The position numbers were made by a program, and so were the translations under genes. Shown piece after piece: positions 36,924 through 46,591 of a stretch of 64,000 bases of DNA. Source of the DNA: an uncultured Gammaproteobacteria bacterium. Its GTDB lineage: Bacteria > Patescibacteriota > Microgenomatia > UBA12405. Each line of letters opens with the position of its first letter. Positions within the stretch are counted from its first letter, which is position 1. The notes under the pieces were generated by a model. The model was not told the DNA's origin, ran no database searches, and saw nothing but the letters and a program-made list of their open reading frames with translations. The stretch is taken from assembly GCA_964463925.1 (NCBI GenBank), contig CAYXDV010000001.1:99860-163859 (forward strand), given 5' to 3'.

Positions 36924-38280
36924 TTGTAGTGCTATTTTACCCTATTCTGCCCAAGCATTGGATAGAAATATTTTTGGACTTCATTTAAGCCAAGACAGTG
37001 ATCTAGCTAAAGCTGCCCTGATGATTAACGACCACGGTGATTGGGGCTGGATTACTATAGTTATTCAAAGTAATGATCTGAATCCTAATAAATGGCAGCG
37101 TTTTTTTGACGATTGTAGAAGACTTCATATTCAGCCAATTGTGCGATTAGCTACTAGATTTGAAAACGGATCTTGGATGCGTCCTGATCGTGGTCAGATA
37201 GATGATTTGGCCCATTTACTTGCCTCTTTAAACTGGCCAAGTGACTATTTGCCAGTGGTTTTATTTAATGAAGTGAATCATGGTTTGGAATGGGGAGGAA
37301 GTGTTGACGTAAAGGGTTATACAGATTTGGCCATTTATGGTGTGGATAAATTAAAAAGTTTGAATCCAAATTTCATAGTTATGGGGGCGGCTTTGGATTT
37401 GGCGGCTCCAGAAAAGGGAGAAAATTACAAATCAGTTGAGAATTTTTATCACGAAATTGCTTTGTACAAAAAAGAATATTTTGAAAAAATGGATGCCCTA
37501 GCTTCACACAGCTATCCTAATCCAGGATTTGTTGGCTTACCAAACGATACTGGAAAAATGTCGATTTCTGGTTATGATTGGGAACTACAATATATAGCCA
37601 GCCTAGGTATCAATAAAAAATATCCAGTTTATATTACTGAAGCTGGCTGGCCAAGTAGAGAGACAGAAGGAGTAAAAAGTAGATACTTTGTACGCCAGAC
37701 GGCAGTGGATTTGAATATACTAGCGCTGGAAAAATGGCAGCAAGACCAGAGAATAAGAGCAGTAACCTTTTTTACATTTAACTATCCTTATCCACCATTT
37801 GCTAAATTTTCTTGGGTGGATCGCGAAGAAAAATTATATTCCGAGTATGAAAAAATATTAGAGATTGATAAAGGGTCTAATGATCCAAAACAAGTAGAAA
37901 AAGTTAAATTTGAAAATAAGAAATTACCGTTAATTGTTTTTGGCGATATTGCTTTATATGGAGAGATAAAATTAAAAAATGAAGGTAAATCAATATGGGG
38001 TGAAAATAGGCATTGTTTTGATCCAAAGCCCAATGAATTTCAATTGATACCCTTGTGTTTATCTGAGGGTATCAAAGTTGAGCCTGGGTCTGATTATAAT
38101 TTTGTTTTCTCTTTTAGAATTCCCAAGAACTACAACAAAGATATAGATTTGGAATGGGATCAGGTTGGACCTATTAAATTAGAACAAATTATACCGAATC
38201 AACCAGTGTATCAAACCCAAATAACTTTTTTAGACAAGATAAGAAGAAAAATTTTTAATTGGATTGGGATGTTAAAATAA
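36880..38280 (+). CDS. secreted clan GH-A glycoside hydrolase (GH17/GH5-like TIM barrel)
   Basis: Signal peptide MREIWILTISSLLVICSAILPYSAQA; acid/base LFNEVN (NEP-type) and nucleophile YITEAGWPS (GH17 signature-like). The annotated GTG start at 36859 was moved to the ATG at 36880; it still overlaps the divergent DRG gene's 5' end. Confidence 0.55.
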   Translation: MREIWILTISSLLVICSAILPYSAQALDRNIFGLHLSQDSDLAKAALMINDHGDWGWITIVIQSNDLNPNKWQRFFDDCRRLHIQPIVRLATRFENGSWMRPDRGQIDDLAHLLASLNWPSDYLPVVLFNEVNHGLEWGGSVDVKGYTDLAIYGVDKLKSLNPNFIVMGAALDLAAPEKGENYKSVENFYHEIALYKKEYFEKMDALASHSYPNPGFVGLPNDTGKMSISGYDWELQYIASLGINKKYPVYITEAGWPSRETEGVKSRYFVRQTAVDLNILALEKWQQDQRIRAVTFFTFNYPYPPFAKFSWVDREEKLYSEYEKILEIDKGSNDPKQVEKVKFENKKLPLIVFGDIALYGEIKLKNEGKSIWGENRHCFDPKPNEFQLIPLCLSEGIKVEPGSDYNFVFSFRIPKNYNKDIDLEWDQVGPIKLEQIIPNQPVYQTQITFLDKIRRKIFNWIGMLK

Positions 38281-38285
38281 GGCAG

Positions 38286-38359
38286 GTCCCCATAGCTCAG
38301 GTGGATAGAGCGCTTTCCTTCTAAGAAAGAGGTCGTTGGTTCGAATCCAACTGGGGATA
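38286..38359 (+). tRNA. tRNA-Arg (anticodon TCT)
   Basis: Acceptor gtcccca/tggggat, D-arm tagctcaggtggatagagc, anticodon loop ctTCTaa. Confidence 0.85.
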
Positions 38360-38360
38360 C

Positions 38361-38432
38361 GCGCCTATAGTTCAATGGATAGAATATCTGCCTTCGGAGC
38401 AGAGGATGAGGGTTCGATTCCTTCTGGGCGCA
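38361..38432 (+). tRNA. tRNA-Arg (anticodon TCG)
   Basis: Acceptor gcgccta/tgggcgc, anticodon stem tctgc/gcaga with loop ctTCGga, T-loop ggttcgattcc. Confidence 0.8.
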
Positions 38433-38436
38433 CTTT

Positions 38437-38796
38437 TTGCTAAACTGGAAAATGCTCGAACTTCTGAACAGATTACCCCTTTGGATTTTAATTATGGTTA
38501 GTTCTATGTGTACTATATTGGCTGATGTTGTGGCAAAATATTGGTCACTTAATCCAGAAAAAACAGTGTTATTTGTATTAGGCGGTTTGATATATTCTGT
38601 GGGGGCCTTCATTTATATTCCTAGTTTGTTAAAAGAGTCATTAATTGTAACTAGCGTTTTATGGACACTAATAAGTACTGGAGGTTTTATCGTGATGGGG
38701 TTGTTTTTATTTGGAGAAAGGCTCAGTCTTTGGCAAACTTTGGGTTTGATTTTTGGCCTGATTTCTTTGATATTTTTTGTAGTGGCAGAAAGGTAA
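38437..38796 (+). CDS. SMR/DMT-superfamily small multidrug-resistance-like transporter
   Basis: 119 aa, 4 TM; ILADVVAKYWS and LGLIFGLISLIFF segments resemble the EmrE/SugE family. Confidence 0.5.
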   Translation: MLNWKMLELLNRLPLWILIMVSSMCTILADVVAKYWSLNPEKTVLFVLGGLIYSVGAFIYIPSLLKESLIVTSVLWTLISTGGFIVMGLFLFGERLSLWQTLGLIFGLISLIFFVVAER

Positions 38797-38834
38797 GATA
38801 CCTATATTTTGTGATAAAATTAGACCATATTTAC

Positions 38835-38908
38835 GGGTTGGTAGCTCAGTTGGTTAGAGCAATCGCCTCTTAAGCGATCGGTCGGGGGTTCGAGCCCCCC
38901 CCAACCCA
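38835..38908 (+). tRNA. tRNA-Lys (anticodon CTT)
   Basis: Acceptor gggttgg/ccaaccc, D-arm tagctcagttggttagagc, anticodon stem atcgc/gcgat with loop ctCTTaa. Confidence 0.85.
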
Positions 38909-38910
38909 CA

Positions 38911-39453
38911 TTATACTTTTAGGCATGTACGAAAACCACGGGCAGCGTAATAGGATTCGGCACCGTTGTGGTAGATAAAAACGGTACCATATCTATAATC
39001 CCCAAAAATTGCACCACCAAGCTCTCTAATTTTTTGGGGAGTTTTTAACCAACTGGAGGTTGTTGTGTCAAATTTACCAAGAGTTTGTAAGAACCTGTAT
39101 TGTTCTTCTGTTAAAATTTCAGCCGAAATTGAATTGGCCACATTTTCAGCGGAATCTTTTGGCTTGTGTTCTTTTCTGGATTCCAAAGCTTTTTGATCGT
39201 AACAAAAACTACGGCGTCCCTTGGGGCTTTCTGGGGAACAGTCAAAAAAAATATATTGATCAAATTTTGGTTCATAAAAAACAATATCTGGTTCCCCGCC
39301 TGTTTCTTCCATTTTTTGTAATGCTTGTAATTTTTTTGGGTTGCTTTCAAGCTTTTTAAGGACATTTTCCCATTTTATGTTTGAATGACGGCTGGAATTT
39401 TTTTCAAATCGGTTTTTTAGGACTTGAAGAAAAGTATCTTGGGTGTTGTTCAT
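38911..39453 (-). CDS. hypothetical cytosolic protein (possibly DUF4256 family)
   Basis: 180 aa, no signal peptide; the family assignment comes from recollection of the DUF4256 pattern and is weak. Confidence 0.4.
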   Translation of the reverse strand: MNNTQDTFLQVLKNRFEKNSSRHSNIKWENVLKKLESNPKKLQALQKMEETGGEPDIVFYEPKFDQYIFFDCSPESPKGRRSFCYDQKALESRKEHKPKDSAENVANSISAEILTEEQYRFLQTLGKFDTTTSSWLKTPQKIRELGGAIFGDYRYGTVFIYHNGAESYYAARGFRTCLKV

Positions 39454-39459
39454 ATGGTT

Positions 39460-40671
39460 TTATTGTAAATCAATCTTAAAATTTGCAGGTAAATTAAGAG
39501 AATCTATTTGAGTTTTTATTTGTAATTTTTCTTCTTCGTCGTATGATGCCTGATCTTTTTTTGGAGTTTGGCAAGAGGGATGGTTCTCTATTAATTCTTT
39601 GGTTTGAAGAATCAACCCGTAAATCCTATCTTGATAGTTGGTTGAAGTACTAATACAGATTACATCTTCGTTCCAAGAAATTGGGTTGGTAGAACTTAGA
39701 TTTAGATTGAGATCAGTTAGTTTTACTAATTTTTTACTTTTTAAGTCCAAGCTATAAACTGCGTTTGGCCCTGTCAACAACAAACTATTTTGGTTTGGAA
39801 AATATTTGATACTTTTAATAAATTGGGGCATGTCTGCTTTTGTTACCAAAAAATGTTTTGCTTTTGGGTTGGATATGGGTATGGCCATGACGTATTTATA
39901 TCCTAATTCTTCTGGCTTTTTGGCTGGAAGACCATCATTATCGGTTACACTGTATGCCGTTAGTAGCTCATCGCTTGCCATATCTTGTCCCAAGTATTCT
40001 TCTCCACCGCCACAACCAAAAGAGGTAGTTAGAATGTGAGATACTTTTTTTGTATTTGGATTTAACACCGATTGATAACCTTCTGACCAACAAGCATCTC
40101 CTTCGCCGCCAACTAACCAATATCTATTGTCTTCTCTCTTCTGTATTGATGAGTTTTGAGCATTGGCAATAATTTGGGCTTGTCCGTTTGGTAGATTGAG
40201 AGCATATACCCTGCCTTTTAGTAGGTAGCCACCTAAAGAAAAGAACAAATTATTATCAATTACTATTAGATCAGAAAAATCATAACTGGTATTTTTGTAC
40301 TCAAAAACCAAATGTGCCTCCTCGGTATCTAGATTGTATTTCCAAATTTGTATATTGTTCTTATTGTGCGGTATGTCACGTTCTGAATTGGTGTATAAAA
40401 TATAGTTGTTCCACCTGCTTAATAAAGTTGTAGGATCCACGTTCCAGGATAAAATATTTTCCCATCCACTTTCTGTGTTTTTCTTTAAAATAAGATGCAT
40501 GGAGCTAATGGGAATTGGAGTCGGAGTGATGGTAGGAATTGGCAGTTTAGAAATTTCATAAGGTATATCTTTTTTGGGTTTGAATTTTGCCAAGATTACA
40601 AAAACACCCAGTAGTGAAAAAACAGACAGAAGAAGAATTACTGATAAACTAGACCTTTTTGGTTTTTTCAT
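39460..40671 (-). CDS. hypothetical secreted/membrane-anchored protein (possible beta-propeller)
   Basis: N-terminal TM MKKPKRSSLSVILLLSVFSLLGVFVILA, 403 aa; repetitive beta-rich content. Confidence 0.45.
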   Translation of the reverse strand: MKKPKRSSLSVILLLSVFSLLGVFVILAKFKPKKDIPYEISKLPIPTITPTPIPISSMHLILKKNTESGWENILSWNVDPTTLLSRWNNYILYTNSERDIPHNKNNIQIWKYNLDTEEAHLVFEYKNTSYDFSDLIVIDNNLFFSLGGYLLKGRVYALNLPNGQAQIIANAQNSSIQKREDNRYWLVGGEGDACWSEGYQSVLNPNTKKVSHILTTSFGCGGGEEYLGQDMASDELLTAYSVTDNDGLPAKKPEELGYKYVMAIPISNPKAKHFLVTKADMPQFIKSIKYFPNQNSLLLTGPNAVYSLDLKSKKLVKLTDLNLNLSSTNPISWNEDVICISTSTNYQDRIYGLILQTKELIENHPSCQTPKKDQASYDEEEKLQIKTQIDSLNLPANFKIDLQ

Positions 40672-40748
40672 TTGGTTATGCGTAAGTATTTCAAATTTTT
40701 ATAGAAACTACAAATTCTTGATGTAAATAAGCTATAATACGAACAAAC

Positions 40749-40835
40749 GCCGCCATGTTGGAATTGGTAGACAAGCACGGCTTAGAACCGTGTGCCCTTA
40801 AAAGCGTGGAGGTCCGAGTCCTCCTGGCGGCACCA
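40749..40835 (+). tRNA. tRNA-Leu (anticodon TAG), CCA encoded
   Basis: Acceptor gccgcca/tggcggc-a-cca, anticodon stem cacgg/ccgtg with loop ctTAGaa, long variable arm. Confidence 0.85.
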
Positions 40836-41045
40836 TGATTAGACTGAAGGTGGAGTCTATAGAATTTGTCAGGTGTGCTGCTGGGCTTTTTACGTACACT
40901 GCGATAGATAAAAAGACAGGAATTAGCAGTTGTTGCAGGATATCTAAAGAACAAGCAACTAAGCTTCAAGAAAAAGGAATTGTAGTGGTTTTTGAGCCAG
41001 GAGATGTGGCGGCTGGCAGATGTAGCCTTTAAAATGTTATAGTAA

Positions 41046-41870
41046 TTGTTGATGATTTTATTGTTTCTTTCTTTAATTTTTGGTTTTGTTTTTGCTCAGG
41101 AACCTTCGACTTCAATAACTGTTGTTAACAATGTTTCAACTTCAAGTGCAACCCTTGCTCCTGTAATGCCGACAGTTATACCTGCACTGCAATATACGAA
41201 TGATTATTTGTACGCCCAAAACCAATTTTCACAGGCTTATTTGGACTATACCCAAAAAAAACAAATTCATACTCGCTACGGAACTATTATTACCCAAAAA
41301 GAGAAATTTGAAGCAACAAAAAACGTGTTGATTGCTAGAAATACTATGTTAAAAAACTATCTCCGGGCGCTTCGAGTTCGGCTAGACGAATATCAAAGTC
41401 AGAACCCAACCATGACTGAGAAATTAAAGATCGACATATCAAAGTTTGAGGACTGGCTGGCTGAGCAAAATACTATAGTAAGTTCTTTGAACAATGATTC
41501 TGATATTCAGGCAAATTCCAAATCTTTTGCTGAAAAATATGTGCAGATGCAGCAAACTATGTACTCGGCCCTAGTGCAAAACCAAATCAATGCTAATTTG
41601 GCAACTCAAGCATTGCTCAATCCACTAATTTCTGAATTAGGTCAGATGCAGATAAAGCCAGAAGGACAGCAATTGTTGTCAGAAATTAAAGTAAAACTAG
41701 ATATGGTGAATCAAAATCTAAAAACTGCATTTACAAAAACCCAAGAACCTCAATATGGAAATATTTTTACTAATTTTTATAGTAATAGTAAAAATGATTT
41801 AGTTAGCGCAAGAAATTATTTATTAGAGATAAAGCAAAATATTGAAGGTATTTTGCTAAGATTTGTTTAA
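41046..41870 (+). CDS. hypothetical secreted alpha-helical protein
   Basis: Signal peptide MLMILLFLSLIFGFVFAQE; Q/N-rich helical protein. Confidence 0.45.
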   Translation: MLMILLFLSLIFGFVFAQEPSTSITVVNNVSTSSATLAPVMPTVIPALQYTNDYLYAQNQFSQAYLDYTQKKQIHTRYGTIITQKEKFEATKNVLIARNTMLKNYLRALRVRLDEYQSQNPTMTEKLKIDISKFEDWLAEQNTIVSSLNNDSDIQANSKSFAEKYVQMQQTMYSALVQNQINANLATQALLNPLISELGQMQIKPEGQQLLSEIKVKLDMVNQNLKTAFTKTQEPQYGNIFTNFYSNSKNDLVSARNYLLEIKQNIEGILLRFV

Positions 41871-42311
41871 ATGACTGAAGAGATAAAATCAGAACTAGAT
41901 GTAAAAGTAAGCCAGCAACCAGAAGAGATGGTATATGACAACCCCTTGAGAATTAATTTAGATACTGACTTAGTGTCAGAGGCAAAAGACGGAATGAATA
42001 TTGTTAATAAAAAAAAGAAAGATCCTAAAATTGTTTTGCTCTCTGGGTTGTTTATTTTCCTAATTTTACTTTTGATATTGAGTTTACTGGCAAGTGTTTT
42101 TGTTCCTAAAAGGAAAACTACATTACTGATTCAACCAACTGAAGTGCCAGTTCAGCCAACCTCTGGTCCAGTTGTTAACAGAGTGGAAATCCCTACAGAT
42201 TGGCAGGAAAAGTTACGTCCAGCGGTGCAAATGCTAGATAGGCTCAATAATTTGCAAACCAATGAGGAATTTTTGCCACCAACTTTTGATCCTAATATTG
42301 GACTTAATTAA
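41871..42311 (+). CDS. hypothetical membrane-anchored protein
   Basis: Adjacent to the previous gene (TAA then ATG); one internal TM. Confidence 0.4.
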   Translation: MTEEIKSELDVKVSQQPEEMVYDNPLRINLDTDLVSEAKDGMNIVNKKKKDPKIVLLSGLFIFLILLLILSLLASVFVPKRKTTLLIQPTEVPVQPTSGPVVNRVEIPTDWQEKLRPAVQMLDRLNNLQTNEEFLPPTFDPNIGLN

Positions 42312-42871
42312 TTCCTGGAAACGTAGGTTCCCGATTCGGTATTAACGATAATTTCGTCACCATTGCTAATAAACAAGGGAACTTGAACTGACATACCCGT
42401 GTCTAATGTAGCTGGTTTTAAAGCATTAGTTACCGTATCCCCTTTTACCGAAGGTTCGGTATAAGTAATTTTGGCAACAATTGTTTTTGGCAGAATTACA
42501 CCTACTGGAAGATCCTGATAAAAACGGATGCGATATAAGGCAGTTTCTTTTAAATAAACTTTGTCATCACCTATTATGGCTGCAGGAACATTGTATTGTT
42601 CATAAGTTCTAGGTTCAATAAAAACATAATTTTCTCCATCAAAATATGAATATTCAGCTTCGTGGGTTTCTACACTGACCTCCTCAACTTTCTCTCCAGA
42701 TTTATAGGTGAAATCGACTACCCTACCCGTCATCAGGGATTTAAGACGAAAACGATAAAAAGCTGAACCTTTGCCTGGAGAGACAAAAGTTGATTCCATA
42801 ATGGAATGCGGTTGTTCTTGAAAGATTATGTATTGTCCTTTACGGAGTTCGTTGACTGAGATCATTGACAT
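42308..42871 (-). CDS. efp: elongation factor P
   Basis: 187 aa, three OB/KOW-like domains, loop SPGKGSAF at the conserved modified-lysine position. Confidence 0.85.
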   Translation of the reverse strand: MSMISVNELRKGQYIIFQEQPHSIMESTFVSPGKGSAFYRFRLKSLMTGRVVDFTYKSGEKVEEVSVETHEAEYSYFDGENYVFIEPRTYEQYNVPAAIIGDDKVYLKETALYRIRFYQDLPVGVILPKTIVAKITYTEPSVKGDTVTNALKPATLDTGMSVQVPLFISNGDEIIVNTESGTYVSRN

Positions 42872-42992
42872 ATGGTGTCGATTTTACTCCAAAAAAAGTC
42901 CCCGAGCAACTTTATAGAGGAGCCACCCAGGGACCTAATGTGTAGTATAGCAAATATTATATATATGTCAAGTATGTAGTAGTTGTGTAGGC

Positions 42993-43589
42993 TTAGTACT
43001 CTCCAGATTCAATTTGACGCATGAATTGGTTTACCCCAAAGGCCCAAGAGCCGTTGGAGCTGGGATTATATTTAGATTCAATTTGTTCTACTGTAAGTAG
43101 TCCTTTATCCATATAGGCTTGTTTTAAATAAGCAGCGTAGCTTTTTAGGGCCAGATCATAGCTATCAAAAGTCAATGTTCCTCTTTTATGGATACCGTAA
43201 CCCCAACAATTATGAGAATTTGGTGGTATTTTTTTGCAAAGATTGGATTCCTGCTGACCAATCGCCAGAATAAGTCGATAATCAAGATCGTAAGTTTTTG
43301 ATAGAGAAAAAATCAAATCAGCATAAGGTAGTAATGGTGAATTGTAATATTGCAAATATTTTTTTATCAAAATTGGTCTTGAATCTTCTGAGGTAATTTT
43401 GTTCTCTAAGCTTGGAGATTGGCTGTTATTTGAAGCTATGATTACTGGCTGATTTAAAGCTAGTGGAGAGGGCCAATTTTTGATTGGCATGCGGAAGTTT
43501 AGCAAGAAGGCAAAAATACCTAAAAACCCTAAGCCTACGGCAAAAATCAAGGTTATAAAAAAGCTTGAATAGCTGTATTTGTATCCCAT
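42993..43589 (-). CDS. membrane-anchored lysozyme-like (SLT/GH23-like) protein
   Basis: N-terminal TM; LAIGQQESNL resembles the lytic transglycosylase catalytic E-S motif; tentative. Confidence 0.35.
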   Translation of the reverse strand: MGYKYSYSSFFITLIFAVGLGFLGIFAFLLNFRMPIKNWPSPLALNQPVIIASNNSQSPSLENKITSEDSRPILIKKYLQYYNSPLLPYADLIFSLSKTYDLDYRLILAIGQQESNLCKKIPPNSHNCWGYGIHKRGTLTFDSYDLALKSYAAYLKQAYMDKGLLTVEQIESKYNPSSNGSWAFGVNQFMRQIESGEY

Positions 43590-43617
43590 TGCTGTTTTTC
43601 ATGATACCATATAGCTC

Positions 43618-44427
43618 ATGCACAACCACGGCTTTACATATGAACTAAAAAAAGAAGAGAATGGCGGATATTTTCTTAAAATAGTAATACAGAAAACAAG
43701 TGTTGAAGAAACAAGAGAAAAAATTGTATCTTATTTGGCTTCACAATTGTCTATTAAGGGTTTTCGAAAAGGCAGTGTTCCTACAGATGTGGCAATGAGC
43801 CACTTGGATCAAAAAATAGTTTTAGAAGAAACCTTTAGAGAGTTAGTTTCACATACTTATGCTCATATTTTGGATGATGAAAAACTACATCCGATTCTGG
43901 ACCCGCAAATCAAATTTCTAAATCCACCTTTAACCTTGGACAAAGATTGGGAATTGGAAATAGAAGGTAGTCAACGTCCTAAGTTTGATTTGAAATCTGG
44001 TTGGCAAGAGAAAGTGACAAAGATTAATTTATCATACAAGAAAGATAAAGAGCCAAACCGCAATAGCTGGATAGATGCAATTTTGAAAGTTTTACAAGAG
44101 AATTCGGAAATTCAAATGGCAACAGTTTTGCTTCAGGCAGACATACAAAATAAATTAGCCAATAGGCAGTCTAAGGGAATGTTGGAAAATGTAAAAAGTA
44201 AAGAAGAGATCCAAGCTTTGACAAAGGAATTAGAATCTGAGGTTAGGTTAGATTGGTTGACTAATTTATCTTTGGAACAAGTTGCTAATGATTATAAAAT
44301 TGCGGTATCTAAAGAAGAAGTGGAAGCTGTTCTGACAAAGGAAGGTAATGAGAAGCTTAGTCCTGAACTGGTTGCTTATTTGCTTCGTCAGCAAAAAACT
44401 CTAGATCATTTGTTGGCTCTAGACTAG
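43618..44427 (+). CDS. tig: trigger factor lacking the PPIase domain
   Basis: KGFRKGSVP matches the trigger-factor ribosome-binding signature GFRxGxxP; N- and C-terminal domains appear present without the FKBP insert; 269 aa. Confidence 0.55.
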   Translation: MHNHGFTYELKKEENGGYFLKIVIQKTSVEETREKIVSYLASQLSIKGFRKGSVPTDVAMSHLDQKIVLEETFRELVSHTYAHILDDEKLHPILDPQIKFLNPPLTLDKDWELEIEGSQRPKFDLKSGWQEKVTKINLSYKKDKEPNRNSWIDAILKVLQENSEIQMATVLLQADIQNKLANRQSKGMLENVKSKEEIQALTKELESEVRLDWLTNLSLEQVANDYKIAVSKEEVEAVLTKEGNEKLSPELVAYLLRQQKTLDHLLALD

Positions 44428-45649
44428 ATCTTATATTGCCAAAACCAATAAGGTCGCCATAGTGTTTTTGGGTGTTGAGCATAGTTGCCACGGTTAGACC
44501 ATAATTTCCATATTTACTTTGAATTTTTTGCATAGCTTCAGATAGATTATGCTGTTTTGGGATATCTTTTAACCAGTTGGTTTGTAAAGATTGACAAGAA
44601 AGTAGATTGCTAAGGGTAAAAGACATTTTTAAAATTGGGTTGCAAAAATGATAACTGGACAGTAAATCGTTTGCCTCCTTTAGAATTTCCTGTTGTTGAA
44701 AAATTGCCTCTGATAAGGTTTTTATTTGATGCCAATGACCACTGGTAGTTTTCAAATCTAGACTGATGCTGCGAGTGGAATACTTTAATTGATTTAGATT
44801 AATAGCTGTCTTTTGAGCTAATTTGGCTAAAATATTCCTGGACTCTTGATATGATTTGGCTGGTTTGGGAAGAGAATAAATGGCACCAAAAATTTTTCTT
44901 GAGTGAGGAACTCGATCTATCTCATAACCTCGTAGACGTAGGTACCAATAATATCCACAAATACCATGAAAAGCTTTTTTTAGAAGTGGCAGGGAGGAAT
45001 TGTAAAAATCCAATACAGTGTAAATTCCTGCCTGATTTAGACGTTTTTGATTAGCCCAGCTAATACCGTTTAAATCAGTTAATTTTAACTTGTTGTAGTA
45101 ATCTAAAAAATTATTTGAAGAAATTGTCTCAAGACCATCTGGTTTTTTGAAAATAGCTGCTTGTTTGGCTAAGAAGCGGTTTGGTCCGAGTCCGATAGAG
45201 ACAGTTAGCCACTCCCCTAGTTCTTGTTTGATTTGATCTTTGATCAATTTTGCAAGATTCTCTAGATTGGGTAGTGGATGAAAACTATCGAAGTGACAAA
45301 CAAATTCGTCGATAGACTTGGCTTCCAAATCAGGGGTATGAAAAGAAAGGACTTGCCTTAAGGCAAAATGAGCATGACGGTATTTTGGGCTGTCTGGAGT
45401 TAAAATAATCAAATTTGGTGAAATTTGTTTTGCCTGCAAAATTGTCATTCCTGTTTTGATATTAGATTCTGACTTGGCCTCTCTAGAGGCTGCTAAAATA
45501 CAGGCTTGGGGACTATTATATGCAGCAACTACTACTGGTTTTCCCCTAAGTAACGGGTTTGCTTGCTGTTCAATGCTAGCAAAACAGGAATTAAAATCGA
45601 TATGCATGACAGATACAGGTGCTTTGGAAAAGTTATTTAGAGTCATCAT
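44357..45649 (-). CDS. Y-family DNA polymerase (DinB/UmuC-like)
   Basis: N-terminal MHIDFNSCFASIEQ (catalytic Asp-Phe and Glu), palm/fingers pattern, 430 aa. Confidence 0.8.
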   Translation of the reverse strand: MMTLNNFSKAPVSVMHIDFNSCFASIEQQANPLLRGKPVVVAAYNSPQACILAASREAKSESNIKTGMTILQAKQISPNLIILTPDSPKYRHAHFALRQVLSFHTPDLEAKSIDEFVCHFDSFHPLPNLENLAKLIKDQIKQELGEWLTVSIGLGPNRFLAKQAAIFKKPDGLETISSNNFLDYYNKLKLTDLNGISWANQKRLNQAGIYTVLDFYNSSLPLLKKAFHGICGYYWYLRLRGYEIDRVPHSRKIFGAIYSLPKPAKSYQESRNILAKLAQKTAINLNQLKYSTRSISLDLKTTSGHWHQIKTLSEAIFQQQEILKEANDLLSSYHFCNPILKMSFTLSNLLSCQSLQTNWLKDIPKQHNLSEAMQKIQSKYGNYGLTVATMLNTQKHYGDLIGFGNIRSSLEPTNDLEFFADEANKQPVQD

Positions 45650-45869
45650 AAATTTCTTCTAAAATCCAATTTAGATTTTGACTATCTAGAAGTAGTCGAA
45701 AAAACAGATGATAACTTATAACTGAAAAGACATGAATTAGCTTTTGGCCCGAATAATAAGTGTGGTGTAGACCCAGCTTTGTTACAACATAATGCCTATT
45801 GTTCCAAATAATTTCTTTTGGTATTTTGTTAAAAATTACTTCGACTGGCTGATTTATTTTAATAGACAC
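45633..45869 (-). CDS. hypothetical small protein translationally coupled to the Y-family polymerase
   Basis: 78-aa ORF ending 17 nt inside the polymerase start; possible accessory factor. Confidence 0.35.
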   Translation of the reverse strand: MSIKINQPVEVIFNKIPKEIIWNNRHYVVTKLGLHHTYYSGQKLIHVFSVISYHLFFRLLLDSQNLNWILEEIYDDSK

Positions 45870-45912
45870 AGCAATTTATACCCGAATAAAAGCCGAAGTG
45901 TCAAGAGTTAAA

Positions 45913-46581
45913 TTAATGTTTACCTGTGCCAAAAATTATGGCAGTGGCGGTTTTGTTGACTCCTATGCCAACATAATTCCAGCGGTTACTTCTTTGGTTT
46001 TCGTCATGTGGTTTGTCGCCTGCATAAACCCATTCGATTAAGTGGACTGCTAGCAACTTGTAGCCATAGCTTGCATTTTCTCCAAGCCAGGTAAAACCAA
46101 GTTGTTCGAAGCCATTTTGGTTTTCCAGAAAGTCTTTAAAACCCTTGTGTTCGTCCAAACTATTATTGCTGGCAAAATAATCAGCTCTTGATTGGGCATA
46201 TTTAGTCAAGGTTGGATCGAGGGTCAACTTTTGGGCATCAAATTTGGTCCGATAGCTATTTAGGGCCTCTAAAATTTCTGTGGCAGTAGCCATTCTGGTG
46301 TCCTGTTGAATTTTCATAGTCCAACCGTGTTCACTAACTTGTTTGGCTATGCCCCAGGGTTGAGTGTCTTCTGTAATTGGTTGTGGTGTAGTTTGTTTAG
46401 TTGGTATTGGTTTTAAAGTAGGTGTTGGTGATTGGATTTGAATAGGGCTTGGCAGAGTAAAGGTTTGGATATGACTAACCTTTGGTGTTAAATTATCAAT
46501 TGGTTTATTTTGCGCTTTTGGAGAAAAAAACAAAAACAAAGAAAGCAAAAAATGGGAGAAAATAATTTGAATTGATGACAC
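45913..46581 (-). CDS. secreted CAP/SCP/PR-1-like domain protein
   Basis: Signal peptide; C-terminal YAQSRADY...GENASYGY...HLIEWVYAGD...WNYVGIGV resembles CAP-domain motifs. Confidence 0.55.
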   Translation of the reverse strand: MSSIQIIFSHFLLSLFLFFSPKAQNKPIDNLTPKVSHIQTFTLPSPIQIQSPTPTLKPIPTKQTTPQPITEDTQPWGIAKQVSEHGWTMKIQQDTRMATATEILEALNSYRTKFDAQKLTLDPTLTKYAQSRADYFASNNSLDEHKGFKDFLENQNGFEQLGFTWLGENASYGYKLLAVHLIEWVYAGDKPHDENQRSNRWNYVGIGVNKTATAIIFGTGKH

Positions 46582-46591
46582 TTTTTTAAGT

